Positions 48,696 to 58,812 of a stretch of DNA of 64,000 bases are shown here, in pieces. The notes under the pieces were generated by a model, which did no database searches, was not told the origin of the DNA, and was given only the letters and a program-made list of their open reading frames with translations. The translations under genes were made by a program, and so were the position numbers. Source of the stretch: an uncultured Acidobacteriota bacterium (GTDB lineage: Bacteria > Acidobacteriota > Thermoanaerobaculia > Gp7-AA8); NCBI GenBank assembly GCA_963822445.1, contig CAWGHO010000001.1, positions 1,216,001 through 1,280,000 of the forward strand, given 5' to 3'. Position 1 is the stretch's first letter; each line of letters opens with the position of its first letter.

Positions 48696-51368
48696 CTACA
48701 AATCCGCCGGCGGATTCGTCCCGCTCGTCGCTGTCGTATCCGTATTCGTCGGCGGAGGCGGCTGGGTGCTGGTAGTCGTCGTGTTCGGGAGGGGCGGCTG
48801 CTGCACCGGCGGTTGCGTCGTCGTCGTGACCGGCGGCGGAACGGGGGCCGGATCCGTGCGGAACACGCCGCCGGTGAGTGTGGAATCAGGCGGTGTCGTC
48901 GAGTAGCCACTGGTGTCGGTCATCGCCGTGTCCGTCGTGATGATCAGATTGCCGAACTCGTCGTACATCGGCGTGGGAAACGCGGGAACGACCGCCGTGT
49001 GCAGCGTGCAGAGTTGTGCGGGCTCGGTTCCCGACTTGAACGCGTCGCGCGAGATCAGGCCCCGCGGGCAGTACGGGGACGCGAGTCCGCCGCTGGTCTT
49101 GTCGATCTCGGTGAAGACGATCCCCGGCGGCACGGCGAAGCCGACGTCGCGCTGACCCCCGGTGACGGCGACCATGTACCGCGCCCACATCGGCACGGCG
49201 GCATCGGATCCGGACAGACCGGTCGGATCGTTGTCGTCGTACCCCACCCAGGTCAAAGCGAGCGTCTGCGGCGTGAATCCGATGAACCACGAATCGCGCT
49301 TGTCGTTCGTCGTGCCGGTCTTGCCTGCCGCGGTCTTGCGGAACCCCATCGCCCGCGCGCTCGCCGCCGTGCCGCGATTCACGACGCCTTCCATCACGTG
49401 CGTGAGCAGATAAACGTCGCGCGCCGGAAAGACCTGCGCGGCCTCGGTTCGTTCCGCACCTTTGATCTCGCGTCCGCGATCGTCCGTCACGAACCGGATG
49501 GCCCGCGGCGCCAGCCGCGCACCCTGTCGCGCAATCGTCGAATACGCCTCGGCCATCTCGATCGCAGGCACGGCGACCGCGCCGAGCAGGATCGAGGGAT
49601 TGTCGTCGTCCATCTCCGTCTGCACGCCGAGGGTTCGCGCGGTCTTGAGAATCGGCTCGATGCCGCAGGCCAGACCGATGCGCACCGAGGCCGCATTGAG
49701 CGAGTGCTCGAGCGCGGTCCGCACGGTCACGTTGCCCATGTAGCGGCCCTCGTAATTCCGCGGTGACCAGTCCTCGGACCAGCGCCGCTTCAACACGAAT
49801 CGCGTGTCGCTGACGACCGTGGCCGGCGTGATGTTCTGATTCGAAAGACTCGGCTCGAACGCGGTCAGGTAGACGAACGGTTTGAACAGCGAGCCGATGC
49901 CCCGCTTCGCGTTCAGCGCGCGATTGAACTGGCTGCGATCGTAATTGCGGCCGCCGACCAGCGCCCGGATCTCGCCGGTGGGCACGTCGATGTGAATGAG
50001 ACTTCCTTCGAGACGCGGTGAGTGATTGCGGAGACGCCGGTTCCCCTTCTCCAGCGACGCGAGGCTCGACTCGACGACCCTCGCCGCCGCGTCCTGCGCA
50101 TCCAGATCGATTGCCGTGTAGATCCGCAGACCGCGGCCTTTCACGTCATCGATGCCGTAATCCTTCTCCAGTTCCTGGATCACGCGGTCGACGTAGAACG
50201 GCATCGAAGCGAGGCCGGTCTTGCGGCGGAAGGGCTTGGTCGGAATCTTCGCGGAGCGCGCCGTCTCGAACTGCGCCTGGGTGATCTTCTTTTCCTTCAG
50301 CATCGACTGCAGCACGGTGTTGCGGCGCTTCATCGCGATCTCGGGGTTCGCGAACGGCGAGTAGTTGTTCGGGCTGCGGATGATTCCCGCCAGCAACGCG
50401 GCCTCGGAGATCGAGATTTCCATCACCGGCTTGCCGAAATAGAAACGCGAGGCCTCGCCGACGCCGAGGATGGAGATGGAGCGGTTGCGGCCGAGGTAGA
50501 TGTCGTTGAGGTAGGCCTCGAGGATCTCGCGCTTCGAATAGCGCGCGTCGAGGATGACAGCCATGAAGGCTTCGATGATCTTCCGTTTGTACGTGCGCTC
50601 GCTGGTGAGGAAGTAGTTCTTCACGAGCTGCTGGGTGAGCGTCGACGCGCCTTCGGTGACGCCGCCCGCGCGCACGTTGCGGAAGACCGCGCGGAAGATG
50701 CCCCAGGGATCGACGCCGGGATGGCGCCAGAAGCGAACGTCCTCAGTCACGACCACCGCGTCCTGCAGATGCTGGGGAACCTGGGCCAGCGTAACCGGAC
50801 TGCGATTTTCGAGCTGCTCGCTGAGAACGGACGTCAGCAGCTCGGGCTCGAGCGCGGCCTTTTCGATCGGCCGCGGCTCGCGGAGGTTGGAGACGCTCTC
50901 GATCAACCCGCCGTCGACGGTGACGCGGATCTGCATCGGCGGGTAATCGCCGGTGGGATGGTTGAACTGGCGCGTGTAGATGTCGACGACGCCTTTTTCG
51001 GGATTCGTGTATTCGCCTTCAGCGGACAGACGCGGGACCTGGCGGTAACCAAGGCGATCGAGTTTCTCGAGCAGGTCATCGGTCCGCAGCGCGTTGCCCG
51101 CGGCGAGCGGCGTGTAGTCGGCGTAGATCCGCGTCGGCAGGCGGAGCTTGCGGACCTGAAAGCGGCCGACGGACTCGCGATAGACCCAGACGCCGAGGAG
51201 CAGCAGGATGCCGATCAGCGAGATCACCGTCCAGCTGATGATCCTGAATACCGTCCGGCGCGGCGGCATGCGACGCGTGCGCCTGGGTGAAGGCGTCGCC
51301 GGCGCCGGCGGCGCGGCCGAAACCTCAGGTTCCGGCGGCAGGTCGGGCGGCAGGGGCGGCTCGGTCAT
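48696..51368 (-). CDS. Class A penicillin-binding protein (PBP1B-like: UB2H, transglycosylase, transpeptidase)
   Basis: EDVRFWRHPGVD, GASTLTQQLVKN, RKIIE, SLFK, SLN, KTGT. Confidence 0.93.
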   Translation of the reverse strand: MTEPPLPPDLPPEPEVSAAPPAPATPSPRRTRRMPPRRTVFRIISWTVISLIGILLLLGVWVYRESVGRFQVRKLRLPTRIYADYTPLAAGNALRTDDLLEKLDRLGYRQVPRLSAEGEYTNPEKGVVDIYTRQFNHPTGDYPPMQIRVTVDGGLIESVSNLREPRPIEKAALEPELLTSVLSEQLENRSPVTLAQVPQHLQDAVVVTEDVRFWRHPGVDPWGIFRAVFRNVRAGGVTEGASTLTQQLVKNYFLTSERTYKRKIIEAFMAVILDARYSKREILEAYLNDIYLGRNRSISILGVGEASRFYFGKPVMEISISEAALLAGIIRSPNNYSPFANPEIAMKRRNTVLQSMLKEKKITQAQFETARSAKIPTKPFRRKTGLASMPFYVDRVIQELEKDYGIDDVKGRGLRIYTAIDLDAQDAAARVVESSLASLEKGNRRLRNHSPRLEGSLIHIDVPTGEIRALVGGRNYDRSQFNRALNAKRGIGSLFKPFVYLTAFEPSLSNQNITPATVVSDTRFVLKRRWSEDWSPRNYEGRYMGNVTVRTALEHSLNAASVRIGLACGIEPILKTARTLGVQTEMDDDNPSILLGAVAVPAIEMAEAYSTIARQGARLAPRAIRFVTDDRGREIKGAERTEAAQVFPARDVYLLTHVMEGVVNRGTAASARAMGFRKTAAGKTGTTNDKRDSWFIGFTPQTLALTWVGYDDNDPTGLSGSDAAVPMWARYMVAVTGGQRDVGFAVPPGIVFTEIDKTSGGLASPYCPRGLISRDAFKSGTEPAQLCTLHTAVVPAFPTPMYDEFGNLIITTDTAMTDTSGYSTTPPDSTLTGGVFRTDPAPVPPPVTTTTQPPVQQPPLPNTTTTSTQPPPPTNTDTTATSGTNPPADL

Positions 51369-51371
51369 CGG

Positions 51372-52088
51372 TTATTGCGCGACGATCTGCAGATTGCGGC
51401 CGCCGCCTTTTCCATCGCGGCGGAATGAGTGGAAGAGCGAGCCATCGCAACGCGTGCAGAGGCCGGAGTCGGAGATCCGTTCATCGGCGAAGCCGCGGTC
51501 GCGAAGGATGTCGGTGGTGAAGGCGATGAGATCGACATGCGCTTTGGCGCGGGAGCGGTCGACGTAATGCGTCTCGAACTGCTCCGCAACCTCGTCGCCG
51601 ACTTCGAAGCAGCAGGCCCGGATCGAGGGGCCGAGGTAGGCGTGTGCCGAAGCTGTGTCGAACGCGGTCGACGACGTCACGGCGTCGATCGTTTCGGCGG
51701 TGATGCGCTGCACGGCACCGCGCCATCCGGAGTGTGCATTGGCAATGACCGCGTGGGTGGGATCGACCATCGTGACCGGGAGGCAATCTGCAACCTTAAT
51801 GCCGAGCGCTGTGTGAGTTACGTCACTCCAGAGCGCGTCGCAGGAGTCGCATTCGCGCCACTGATTCGAAGGGTCCGCGCGGGCGACGCGAGCGCCATGA
51901 ACCTGGACGCAGGTGGTGAGTGTCGATTCGACGCCGAACCTCTCCCGCGCCACGCCGGTGAGGTCGTTCGACAGCTCCGCGGTGATGCGGCCGAAGTAAT
52001 CGCGGGTCGTGCAGAAGACGGCGAAGCCGACCGGTACGAACGGCGGGACGGCGATGCGGCCGATGGAGGAAGGTTCGATGGTCCACAT
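51372..52088 (-). CDS. pgeF: Peptidoglycan editing factor / YfiH laccase-domain protein
   Basis: QVHG, VADCLPV, AHSGWRG, GPSIRACCFEVG, CTRC..FHSFRR. Confidence 0.9.
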   Translation of the reverse strand: MWTIEPSSIGRIAVPPFVPVGFAVFCTTRDYFGRITAELSNDLTGVARERFGVESTLTTCVQVHGARVARADPSNQWRECDSCDALWSDVTHTALGIKVADCLPVTMVDPTHAVIANAHSGWRGAVQRITAETIDAVTSSTAFDTASAHAYLGPSIRACCFEVGDEVAEQFETHYVDRSRAKAHVDLIAFTTDILRDRGFADERISDSGLCTRCDGSLFHSFRRDGKGGGRNLQIVAQ

Positions 52089-52093
52089 GGTTT

Positions 52094-52165
52094 TCAGAGT
52101 CTCAGAGTCTCAGAGTCTCAAAGATGGCGCCAACGAGCTCTCTGCGACTTTGAGACTCCGACTCC
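52094..52165. repeat. Intergenic inverted array of 8-nt tandem units (TCAGAGTC)n ... (GACTYTGA)-like
   Basis: tcagagtc x3 + tcaaag, then tctgcgac tttgagac tccgactcc, directly followed by TATACT. Confidence 0.75.
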
Positions 52166-52177
52166 TATACTCGCGCC

Positions 52178-53845
52178 ATGCGTAAGTGGTTACCGTTCAT
52201 GATCCTTTTCGCGGCCTGCGCAACAACCGCGCCCGAGTACGACGTCGTCATCCGCAACGGCATGATCTACGACGGGCGCGGCGGAGCGCCGTACCCGGGC
52301 GACGTCGCGTTGCGCGGCGATCGCATCGCCGCCGTGGGAACCGTCGCCGGCCACGGCAAGAGCGAGATCGACGCGCGAGGCATGGCCGTCGCGCCGGGCT
52401 TCATCAACATGCTCAGCTGGGCCACCGAATCGCTGATCGAAGACGGACGGGCCATGGCCGATGTGAAGCAGGGCGTCACGCTCGAAGTCATGGGCGAAGG
52501 GTGGTCGATGGGACCGCTCAACGACGTCATGAAAGCGGACGTGAAGAAGTACCAGGGGGACATCAAGTTCGACGTGGCCTGGACGACGCTTCGCGAGTAT
52601 CTCGACTGGCTCGTCTCGCGCGGCATCTCCGTCAACGTCGCTTCCTTCGTTGGAGCCACCACCGTCCGCATGCACGTCCTCGGCGAAGTCGATCGCGCGC
52701 CGAATGCCGAAGAGCTCGAGCAGATGCGCGCTCTGGTCCGCCGTGCCATGGAAGACGGCGCGCTCGGCGTCGGATCGTCATTGATCTACGCGCCGGCCTT
52801 TTACGCGAAGACCGACGAGCTGATCGAATTGAACAAAGCCGCGGCACCGTACGGCGGCATGTACATCTCCCACATGCGCAGCGAGGCCAATCGCCTGCTC
52901 GAAGCGGTCGATGAACTGATCACCATCGCCCGCGAGGCCGGCGTCCCCGCGGAGATCTACCACCTCAAAGCGGCCGGCCGTGACAACTGGCCGAAGATCG
53001 ATCAGGTCATTGCCAAAGTCGAAGCGGCGCGCGCGCAGGGTCTGCGCATCACCGCGGACATGTACACCTACCCCGCCGGCGCGACCGGCCTCGATGCCGC
53101 GATGCCCCCGTGGGTGCAGGAAGGCGGTTACGAACAGTGGCGCAAGCGGCTGATGGATCCGGCGACGCGCGCGAAGGTGCTCGAGGAGATGCGCACGCCC
53201 ACGGACAAATGGGAGAACCTGATGCTGCTGGCCGGCTCTCCCGATCGCGTGCTGCTGATCGGATTCAAGAACGAGAAGCTGAAGCCGTTGACGGGCAAGA
53301 CGCTGGCCGAGGTTGCGCGGATGCGGGGCGTGTCGGCGGAAGATGCGGCGATCGATCTCGTCATCGAGGACGAAAGCCGCGTCAGCACCGTCTACTTTCT
53401 GATGAGCGAGGACAACATCCGCAAGCAGATCAAACTGCCCTGGGTGAGCTTCGGCTCGGATGCCGGCGCGTCCGCACCGGAAGGCGTGTTCCTGAAAAGC
53501 AGCACCCATCCCCGCGAGTACGGCAACTTCGCCAACCTCCTCGGCCGCTATGTGCGCGACGAGAAAGTGATCCCGCTCGAAGAAGCGATCCGCAGATTGA
53601 CGACTCTCCCCGCGTCCAACCTCGGCATCGCCGAACGCGGATCGCTCACCGCGGGCAACTTCGGCGACGTGGTGGTCTTCGATCCAAAGACCGTGTCCGC
53701 GCCGGCGACCTTCGAAAAGCCGATGCAATACGCGACGGGCATGCAGCACGTGTTCGTGAACGGCGAACAGATTCTCAAAAACGGCGAGCACACCGGTGCG
53801 AAGCCGGGACGGGTGGTGGTCCGTGCGCGACCTGGTGCTCGCTGA
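52178..53845 (+). CDS. D-aminoacylase-family amidohydrolase (predicted lipoprotein)
   Basis: LFAAC lipobox, DVVIRNGMIYDG, VAPGFIN, SHMRSE, GSD, HPREYGNF. Confidence 0.88.
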   Translation: MRKWLPFMILFAACATTAPEYDVVIRNGMIYDGRGGAPYPGDVALRGDRIAAVGTVAGHGKSEIDARGMAVAPGFINMLSWATESLIEDGRAMADVKQGVTLEVMGEGWSMGPLNDVMKADVKKYQGDIKFDVAWTTLREYLDWLVSRGISVNVASFVGATTVRMHVLGEVDRAPNAEELEQMRALVRRAMEDGALGVGSSLIYAPAFYAKTDELIELNKAAAPYGGMYISHMRSEANRLLEAVDELITIAREAGVPAEIYHLKAAGRDNWPKIDQVIAKVEAARAQGLRITADMYTYPAGATGLDAAMPPWVQEGGYEQWRKRLMDPATRAKVLEEMRTPTDKWENLMLLAGSPDRVLLIGFKNEKLKPLTGKTLAEVARMRGVSAEDAAIDLVIEDESRVSTVYFLMSEDNIRKQIKLPWVSFGSDAGASAPEGVFLKSSTHPREYGNFANLLGRYVRDEKVIPLEEAIRRLTTLPASNLGIAERGSLTAGNFGDVVVFDPKTVSAPATFEKPMQYATGMQHVFVNGEQILKNGEHTGAKPGRVVVRARPGAR

Positions 53846-54233
53846 CGGGACGGTGATCCCGGAGTCGCTGCTGCGCACGACCACCTCGCGCAGCGGCGGG
53901 CCGGGCGGCCAGCACGTGAACAAGGTCGAGACGCGCGTGACGATCGAAGTCAGCGTGGACGCGCTGCCGCTGCCCGAGGAAAAGCGCGCGAAGATCAAGG
54001 AGCGCCTGGCGGGCCGCATCAACAAAGAAGGCGACCTCCGCGTGACGACGCAGGCCACCCGCAGCCAGATCGAGAATCGCGACCGCGCCCTCCTGCGCCT
54101 CGAAGAGCTGCTCAACGGCGCGATGGTCGAGCAGAAGAAGAGGAAGAAGACGCGGGTGACGCGCGCCGCAAAAGAGAAACGCCTCGAAGAAAAGAAAAAG
54201 CGCTCGGAGACGAAGCGTTTGCGGAGAGTCTAG
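53823..54233 (+). CDS. arfB: Alternative ribosome-rescue peptidyl-tRNA hydrolase
   Basis: SRSGGPGGQHVNKV, RSQIENR, basic tail KRLEEKKKRSETKRLR. Confidence 0.93.
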   Translation: MRDLVLADGTVIPESLLRTTTSRSGGPGGQHVNKVETRVTIEVSVDALPLPEEKRAKIKERLAGRINKEGDLRVTTQATRSQIENRDRALLRLEELLNGAMVEQKKRKKTRVTRAAKEKRLEEKKKRSETKRLRRV

Positions 54234-55612
54234 AACTCGATCGTGCCGTCGTCGTTGACGGTGAACGAGTACGCCTCCTTCGACTTGTCCTGGCCGCTGT
54301 GCGTCGCCACGAGGACGCGCTTCCCATCGGTCCGCACGTGCACGATCCCGAATGACGACTTGTCGAAGGCGTTGCGCAGCTCGCGCTCCTTCTTTTTCGG
54401 CAGGCGCTGGAACGCGTCCTTCAGCGGCGCAAAGTACGCCACCATCTCCGTCACGTACACGAGCGGCCGCTCCACACCCTCACGCGAGTACTTGCCGAGC
54501 GCACCGACCAGACCGGCCCGAGGATGAATGTGATCGCTGCCGGCCAGCGATTGATCGCCCGACGACACGATGCTCACCACGGGCGCGGCCTTCCTGAGCA
54601 TGTCCGGAACGAACTCGTGACTGCCGTGATGGGGCACCTTCAGCACTTCCGATTCGATGGAAATGCCGTTCTTTTCGATGTAATCGAGCAGCCGCTGTTC
54701 CGACTCGATGTTCAGGTCCGCGCCGAGAAGGATGCGGACATTGCCGATGGTCAGCTTCAGGACGATGGAGTGGCCATTGATCGTGTGACCGACGGAGAAC
54801 TTGTTGTGCGGATCCTTGAGGAGCGGAAGGGCCGGTTTCTTGCCGACCTTGCCCGAGATCGGGCCGAGGACCTGGGTCTGAACGCCGAGGAAATCGAATG
54901 CCTTGTCGTCGCCAACCTCGATCCGGCGGATCTCGAGGTTGGGCTCGCGCTTCTTCAACTTCTTGAGCGCCTTCTTCCAGGCAACAAATGTCGCGTTGAG
55001 TTTCTTGTCCGGAACGTCGGTGATGTCGTCGACCAGTGACGTGACCCAGCGGCGGTCCTCCGGTCCCGGCTCGGTCTTCCCGAACACGACCTTCGGATCA
55101 TCCCCGCTGGCCTTGGCCAGTCCGTTGTGAAAGACCCGCTTCGTCGTGACCAGTGGCTGCCCCGACACTTCCTTCTCGAGCAGTTGCACCAGACCGCTGT
55201 AATGGTCGGCATCGCCGTGGCTCACGATGATCGCGTCCAGCGGGATCGGACCATCGACGAGGCGATGCGCGAACGCGCGATGGAGATAGCGGCGGAACGA
55301 AGCCTCGTGACCGCCGTCGATCACGGTCAGGCGATCGTCGGGCGTCTCGATGACGGCGCCGTCACCCTGCCCTACGTCGACGATGCGCACCTTGAACACG
55401 CCCTCTTCGCGGAAGCTCGGCACTTCCTTCGTGTGGACCTTCTTCGTGACGAGTTTGTAGTCGCCCTTCTTCGCGTCCCACTCGGTGGTGATCAGGCGGA
55501 AGTTCTTCCCTTTGACCTGCTCGATGCGGTCGCCCCAGAAAAGCGTGGCGGCGAGCTTCTCGTCTTCGTCGAAAAACTTGACCAGGTCGTCGTCGAGAAT
55601 GCGGATAGGCAT
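54230..55612 (-). CDS. ComEC/Rec2-type metallo-beta-lactamase-fold hydrolase (soluble)
   Basis: DVGQGDG, IDGG, SHGDADHYSG, NGHSIV, GAD, KVPHHGS, HP. Confidence 0.85.
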   Translation of the reverse strand: MPIRILDDDLVKFFDEDEKLAATLFWGDRIEQVKGKNFRLITTEWDAKKGDYKLVTKKVHTKEVPSFREEGVFKVRIVDVGQGDGAVIETPDDRLTVIDGGHEASFRRYLHRAFAHRLVDGPIPLDAIIVSHGDADHYSGLVQLLEKEVSGQPLVTTKRVFHNGLAKASGDDPKVVFGKTEPGPEDRRWVTSLVDDITDVPDKKLNATFVAWKKALKKLKKREPNLEIRRIEVGDDKAFDFLGVQTQVLGPISGKVGKKPALPLLKDPHNKFSVGHTINGHSIVLKLTIGNVRILLGADLNIESEQRLLDYIEKNGISIESEVLKVPHHGSHEFVPDMLRKAAPVVSIVSSGDQSLAGSDHIHPRAGLVGALGKYSREGVERPLVYVTEMVAYFAPLKDAFQRLPKKKERELRNAFDKSSFGIVHVRTDGKRVLVATHSGQDKSKEAYSFTVNDDGTIEF

Positions 55613-55675
55613 GGTTGTCCCTCTCTGATGATGGGAGTGACGCGCCGGAAAGTTTCCCTACCTCGCGCCGGCGAT

Positions 55676-56479
55676 CTAGACCGCGCGGACTTCCGCGATC
55701 CGCGTCCGCAACTTCTCGGTGATCGCACCGCCGCGCAGCAGGGACGCGGTCTTCTCGAACTCGTTGACCATCGCTTCGACCGCGTGCGGGCCGTCGCCGT
55801 TCATGATGCCGTCCAGCGCATGCAGGAAGTGTTTCTCGATGGTCTTGTGCGCGGAGGCGCCGATGAACTCTTCGGCTACCTGGCGAATGCGTGCGGCGAG
55901 GTCGACGAGCTGTCCGTTTTCCTCGTCGGCGCTTCGATCAAATTTTTTTTTTAACTGAACGAGCTCGCCGGTGATCATCCCGTACAGGATTTTGGCGACG
56001 TCGAAGGACGACATGTTCAGCGCGCGGCCGATGTCGGCGATGGAGCGGTGGCCGTCGATCTTCGTGATCAGCATCCACTCCTGCGGGTTGAGCGTGACCT
56101 GCTCGTGGCGGTTGTCGCGGGCCAGGAGCTCGGGGACCAGCTCGACCGAGGCGATCTTCTTCGAGAGCACGCGCCACTCGTCGAGACGGCGCGCGGCTTC
56201 CATCAACAGGTTCGTATTCGACTTGGTGATGGTCTGCCGGTCGGGCTCCTCGGCGGGGTTGAACTGAAACTCGCCCTGATTCCAGATGGCCAGCGAGTAG
56301 ATGGCTTCCTCACCTACCAGATCGCTGACGGTCGCGTGCACCATCTGTCCGTTTTTCAGGTAGATGAAGCCGCGATCGCCTTCCCTGGTGAGGGTGAACT
56401 TTCCGGTCTTACCCGACACACTGACGAGTTGAATGATGTCAGGAAGCGGAAGTTCCTTGAGAGATCCCTGGAATGCCAT
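55676..56479 (-). CDS. DUF4388-domain protein
   Basis: MAFQGSLKELPLPDIIQL..KTG..G.IYLKNG..HA, W.QGEF.F, LLMEAARRLDE, LNPQEW..IDG.RSI. Confidence 0.9.
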   Translation of the reverse strand: MAFQGSLKELPLPDIIQLVSVSGKTGKFTLTREGDRGFIYLKNGQMVHATVSDLVGEEAIYSLAIWNQGEFQFNPAEEPDRQTITKSNTNLLMEAARRLDEWRVLSKKIASVELVPELLARDNRHEQVTLNPQEWMLITKIDGHRSIADIGRALNMSSFDVAKILYGMITGELVQLKKKFDRSADEENGQLVDLAARIRQVAEEFIGASAHKTIEKHFLHALDGIMNGDGPHAVEAMVNEFEKTASLLRGGAITEKLRTRIAEVRAV

Positions 56480-56516
56480 GTGAGCGCTTGGAGCGTAACC
56501 GGTTGCATGTGAGAGG

Positions 56517-56975
56517 TCAAGAAGCTGTGAACACCGCATCATCACGGCGTTCGACCGCGCTCAAAATCCACAAACCAAAGGCGATACCGGCGACGAGACC
56601 GGTGGCGATGCGCAGCTCGTTCGTGCTTTCGCGAAAGCCTGTTAGCTGCGTAAGTCCGTCAATCGCCAGCGGCGTGACCGCGACGAACGCCACGATGCGC
56701 ATCGTCTTCTCGGAGACGAACCGGAACATCCAGAAGATCGCGAGCCCGATCAGCAGTCCGGCGTAGATCGCCGTGCACCTCGCGCAGATCGGCATCGGCA
56801 CTCCGAAAAGCTCCAGCGATCGCTCGACCCGCCCGTGACAGATTAGGCGGAAGAGATAGCGCCACTTCATCGACGCGCCGGACGCGATCGCCCACGAGCA
56901 GATCGTCGATGCGGCCAGGATCAGCGCCGGAATCGCGCCGGTGAACGCGAAGACGATCCTTGTGTCGCGTTTCAC
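56517..56975 (-). CDS. DUF2085 membrane protein
   Basis: ICHGRVERS, MPICARCTAIYAG, IDGLTQ, ESTNELRIATG. Confidence 0.88.
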   Translation of the reverse strand: MKRDTRIVFAFTGAIPALILAASTICSWAIASGASMKWRYLFRLICHGRVERSLELFGVPMPICARCTAIYAGLLIGLAIFWMFRFVSEKTMRIVAFVAVTPLAIDGLTQLTGFRESTNELRIATGLVAGIAFGLWILSAVERRDDAVFTAS

Positions 56976-56985
56976 GCTGTCATGG

Positions 56986-57738
56986 TCACTTCGGCTTCGT
57001 CGCGATCCGGTACACCTGCGCGAAGCCATGTGTCGTCGACCAGCAATCCCCAGAACGCGGTGAAGACCACGCCGATGCAGAACAGGAAGATGCCGAAGCC
57101 GCCGATGAACCGCGCGATCAGGTACACGACTACCGCGAGCAGGTAGTTGCCGATGTTCGCTTTGATGAACGGCCAGATCCGTCCGAACTCGAACGCCGCG
57201 CCGAAGCGTCGCTCCACCACCGCGAACAGCAGCGACGCCGGCAGGAAGATCATCACGAACAGCGACAGCGGCACGATCAGGCACCACACGCAGCCGGCCA
57301 TCCCGCCGCTCAGCGCTTCCGCGACTTCGTTCCCTTCCGCCACGGCGCCGACGAAGACCGCCGGCATGATGAAGGTCAACACCAGGGCGATCATCGGGAT
57401 GATGTAGATGATCACGACGCCGATGATCCGCGCGCCCTCAGTGAACAGACTCGCCGAGGTCGTCCCACTCCGGAAGCGGGTACTGCTTGTCGAGCGATGA
57501 CGTTGCGCGCAAGCGCGGCCATGTAGCCGAGGATGAAGAACCAGCCCACGATGAAGAAGCCGGCCAGATAGAAGAGTCCGCCGAGGAGGATCTTCTGCAT
57601 CCAGCGCGGATCGTCGAACACGAACGTGAACGGCTTCCCGAAGTCGAACTGGTTCGGATTCGGCGGCGCCGGAGGAGGCAATGATGCGGTCCCGCTCGGC
57701 GGCGGGGGTGGCGGCGGAACGAACGTCATATCCGACAT
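56986..57738 (-). CDS. DUF4013 membrane protein, split by about 3 frameshifts
   Basis: FDFGKPFTFVFDDPRW..LGY; YPLPEWDDLG and FTEG..FGAAFEF..ANIGNY in other frames; tail TTHGFAQVYR stop at 56986. Confidence 0.75.
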
Positions 57739-57823
57739 GGTCTCTGTAGGTACGGCCGGAGTTTACTTCTGTTGCATCCGGAACTTGGAACAAAGATCCC
57801 GCGTCCAACCTTGTACCCGAAGC

Positions 57824-58780
57824 GTGCACGAACCCATTGATCTTGTCGTCACGGAAGAGAGCCAGCGTGCGAGCGGAATCAGTTTCGCCGTGCTGGTCTC
57901 CTTCGTTCTGCACGCCAGCCTGATCGCCTGGTTCATGCTCAAGTACCAGCCTGTCCAGCGGGCGGCGCCGGCCGGTCCGATGACCCGCTACGTCGAGCTG
58001 ATGAAGCAGAACCCGACGCAGTTCACCGAGGCGCCGGGGAAGAAGGTCGAAGAGCGGCCGATCAACGCGCCGCTCTCCGATGCGAACCGCAAAGCGGCGA
58101 TGCCCGAGCCGACCGGCGATCGTCCCACCCTTCGGCCGAGCGATCGCGAAGGCATCTATCAGCCGACGCCGAATCCGGCGCCGCGCGGTCCGCAACCCTC
58201 GCAGCAGGCGCCGCAGATCGCATCCCAACAACCGCAGCCACAGCCGCCTTCGACGGCGGCAACCCAGCAACCGCAAATCGACTCCGATCGCATGGTCTAT
58301 CGCGAGCCGGCCAAGGCGTCGGTCGCCGCGGCCACGATCGACTGGAATACCGCCATCCGCGAGGTCGGCAAAGTCGCCTCCCTCGGCGGCGGCGACGGCA
58401 TCAACCTCGGCCAGCTCGGCGCCGGCGAGAAAGGCACCGCCGAACAGGGCGCTCTTTCCTTCGAGACCGCCTGGTACGACTGGGGCGAGTACGCGCAGTC
58501 GATGGTCAGCCGCATCCGTGTGAACTGGTACGCGAACATGCCACAGATCATCCGCACCGGATTGCAGGGCGTGGTCACCATCCGCTTCACCATCCAGCGC
58601 GACGGGCGGATCACCGACGTCACCATTCTCAACAGCTCCACCGTCCCGCCGTACGATTTCGCCGCCCGCAAGGCCATCGAGCTTTCCTCCCCGCTCAATC
58701 CCCTGCCGAAGGATTTCCCCAATCCGAATGAGCGCGTAACGGCAATGTTTTATTACAACCGCGACCTGCCGAACCGCTAA
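57824..58780 (+). CDS. TonB/TolA-family energy transducer
   Basis: TM with SFVLHAS, Pro/Gln-rich linker, VVTIRFTIQRDG.I..V.I..SS..YD.AA..AI..PL.PLP. Confidence 0.85.
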   Translation: MHEPIDLVVTEESQRASGISFAVLVSFVLHASLIAWFMLKYQPVQRAAPAGPMTRYVELMKQNPTQFTEAPGKKVEERPINAPLSDANRKAAMPEPTGDRPTLRPSDREGIYQPTPNPAPRGPQPSQQAPQIASQQPQPQPPSTAATQQPQIDSDRMVYREPAKASVAAATIDWNTAIREVGKVASLGGGDGINLGQLGAGEKGTAEQGALSFETAWYDWGEYAQSMVSRIRVNWYANMPQIIRTGLQGVVTIRFTIQRDGRITDVTILNSSTVPPYDFAARKAIELSSPLNPLPKDFPNPNERVTAMFYYNRDLPNR

Positions 58781-58812
58781 GATCTCCTGGTCCAGAATCG
58801 ACAGGAGGCCCC

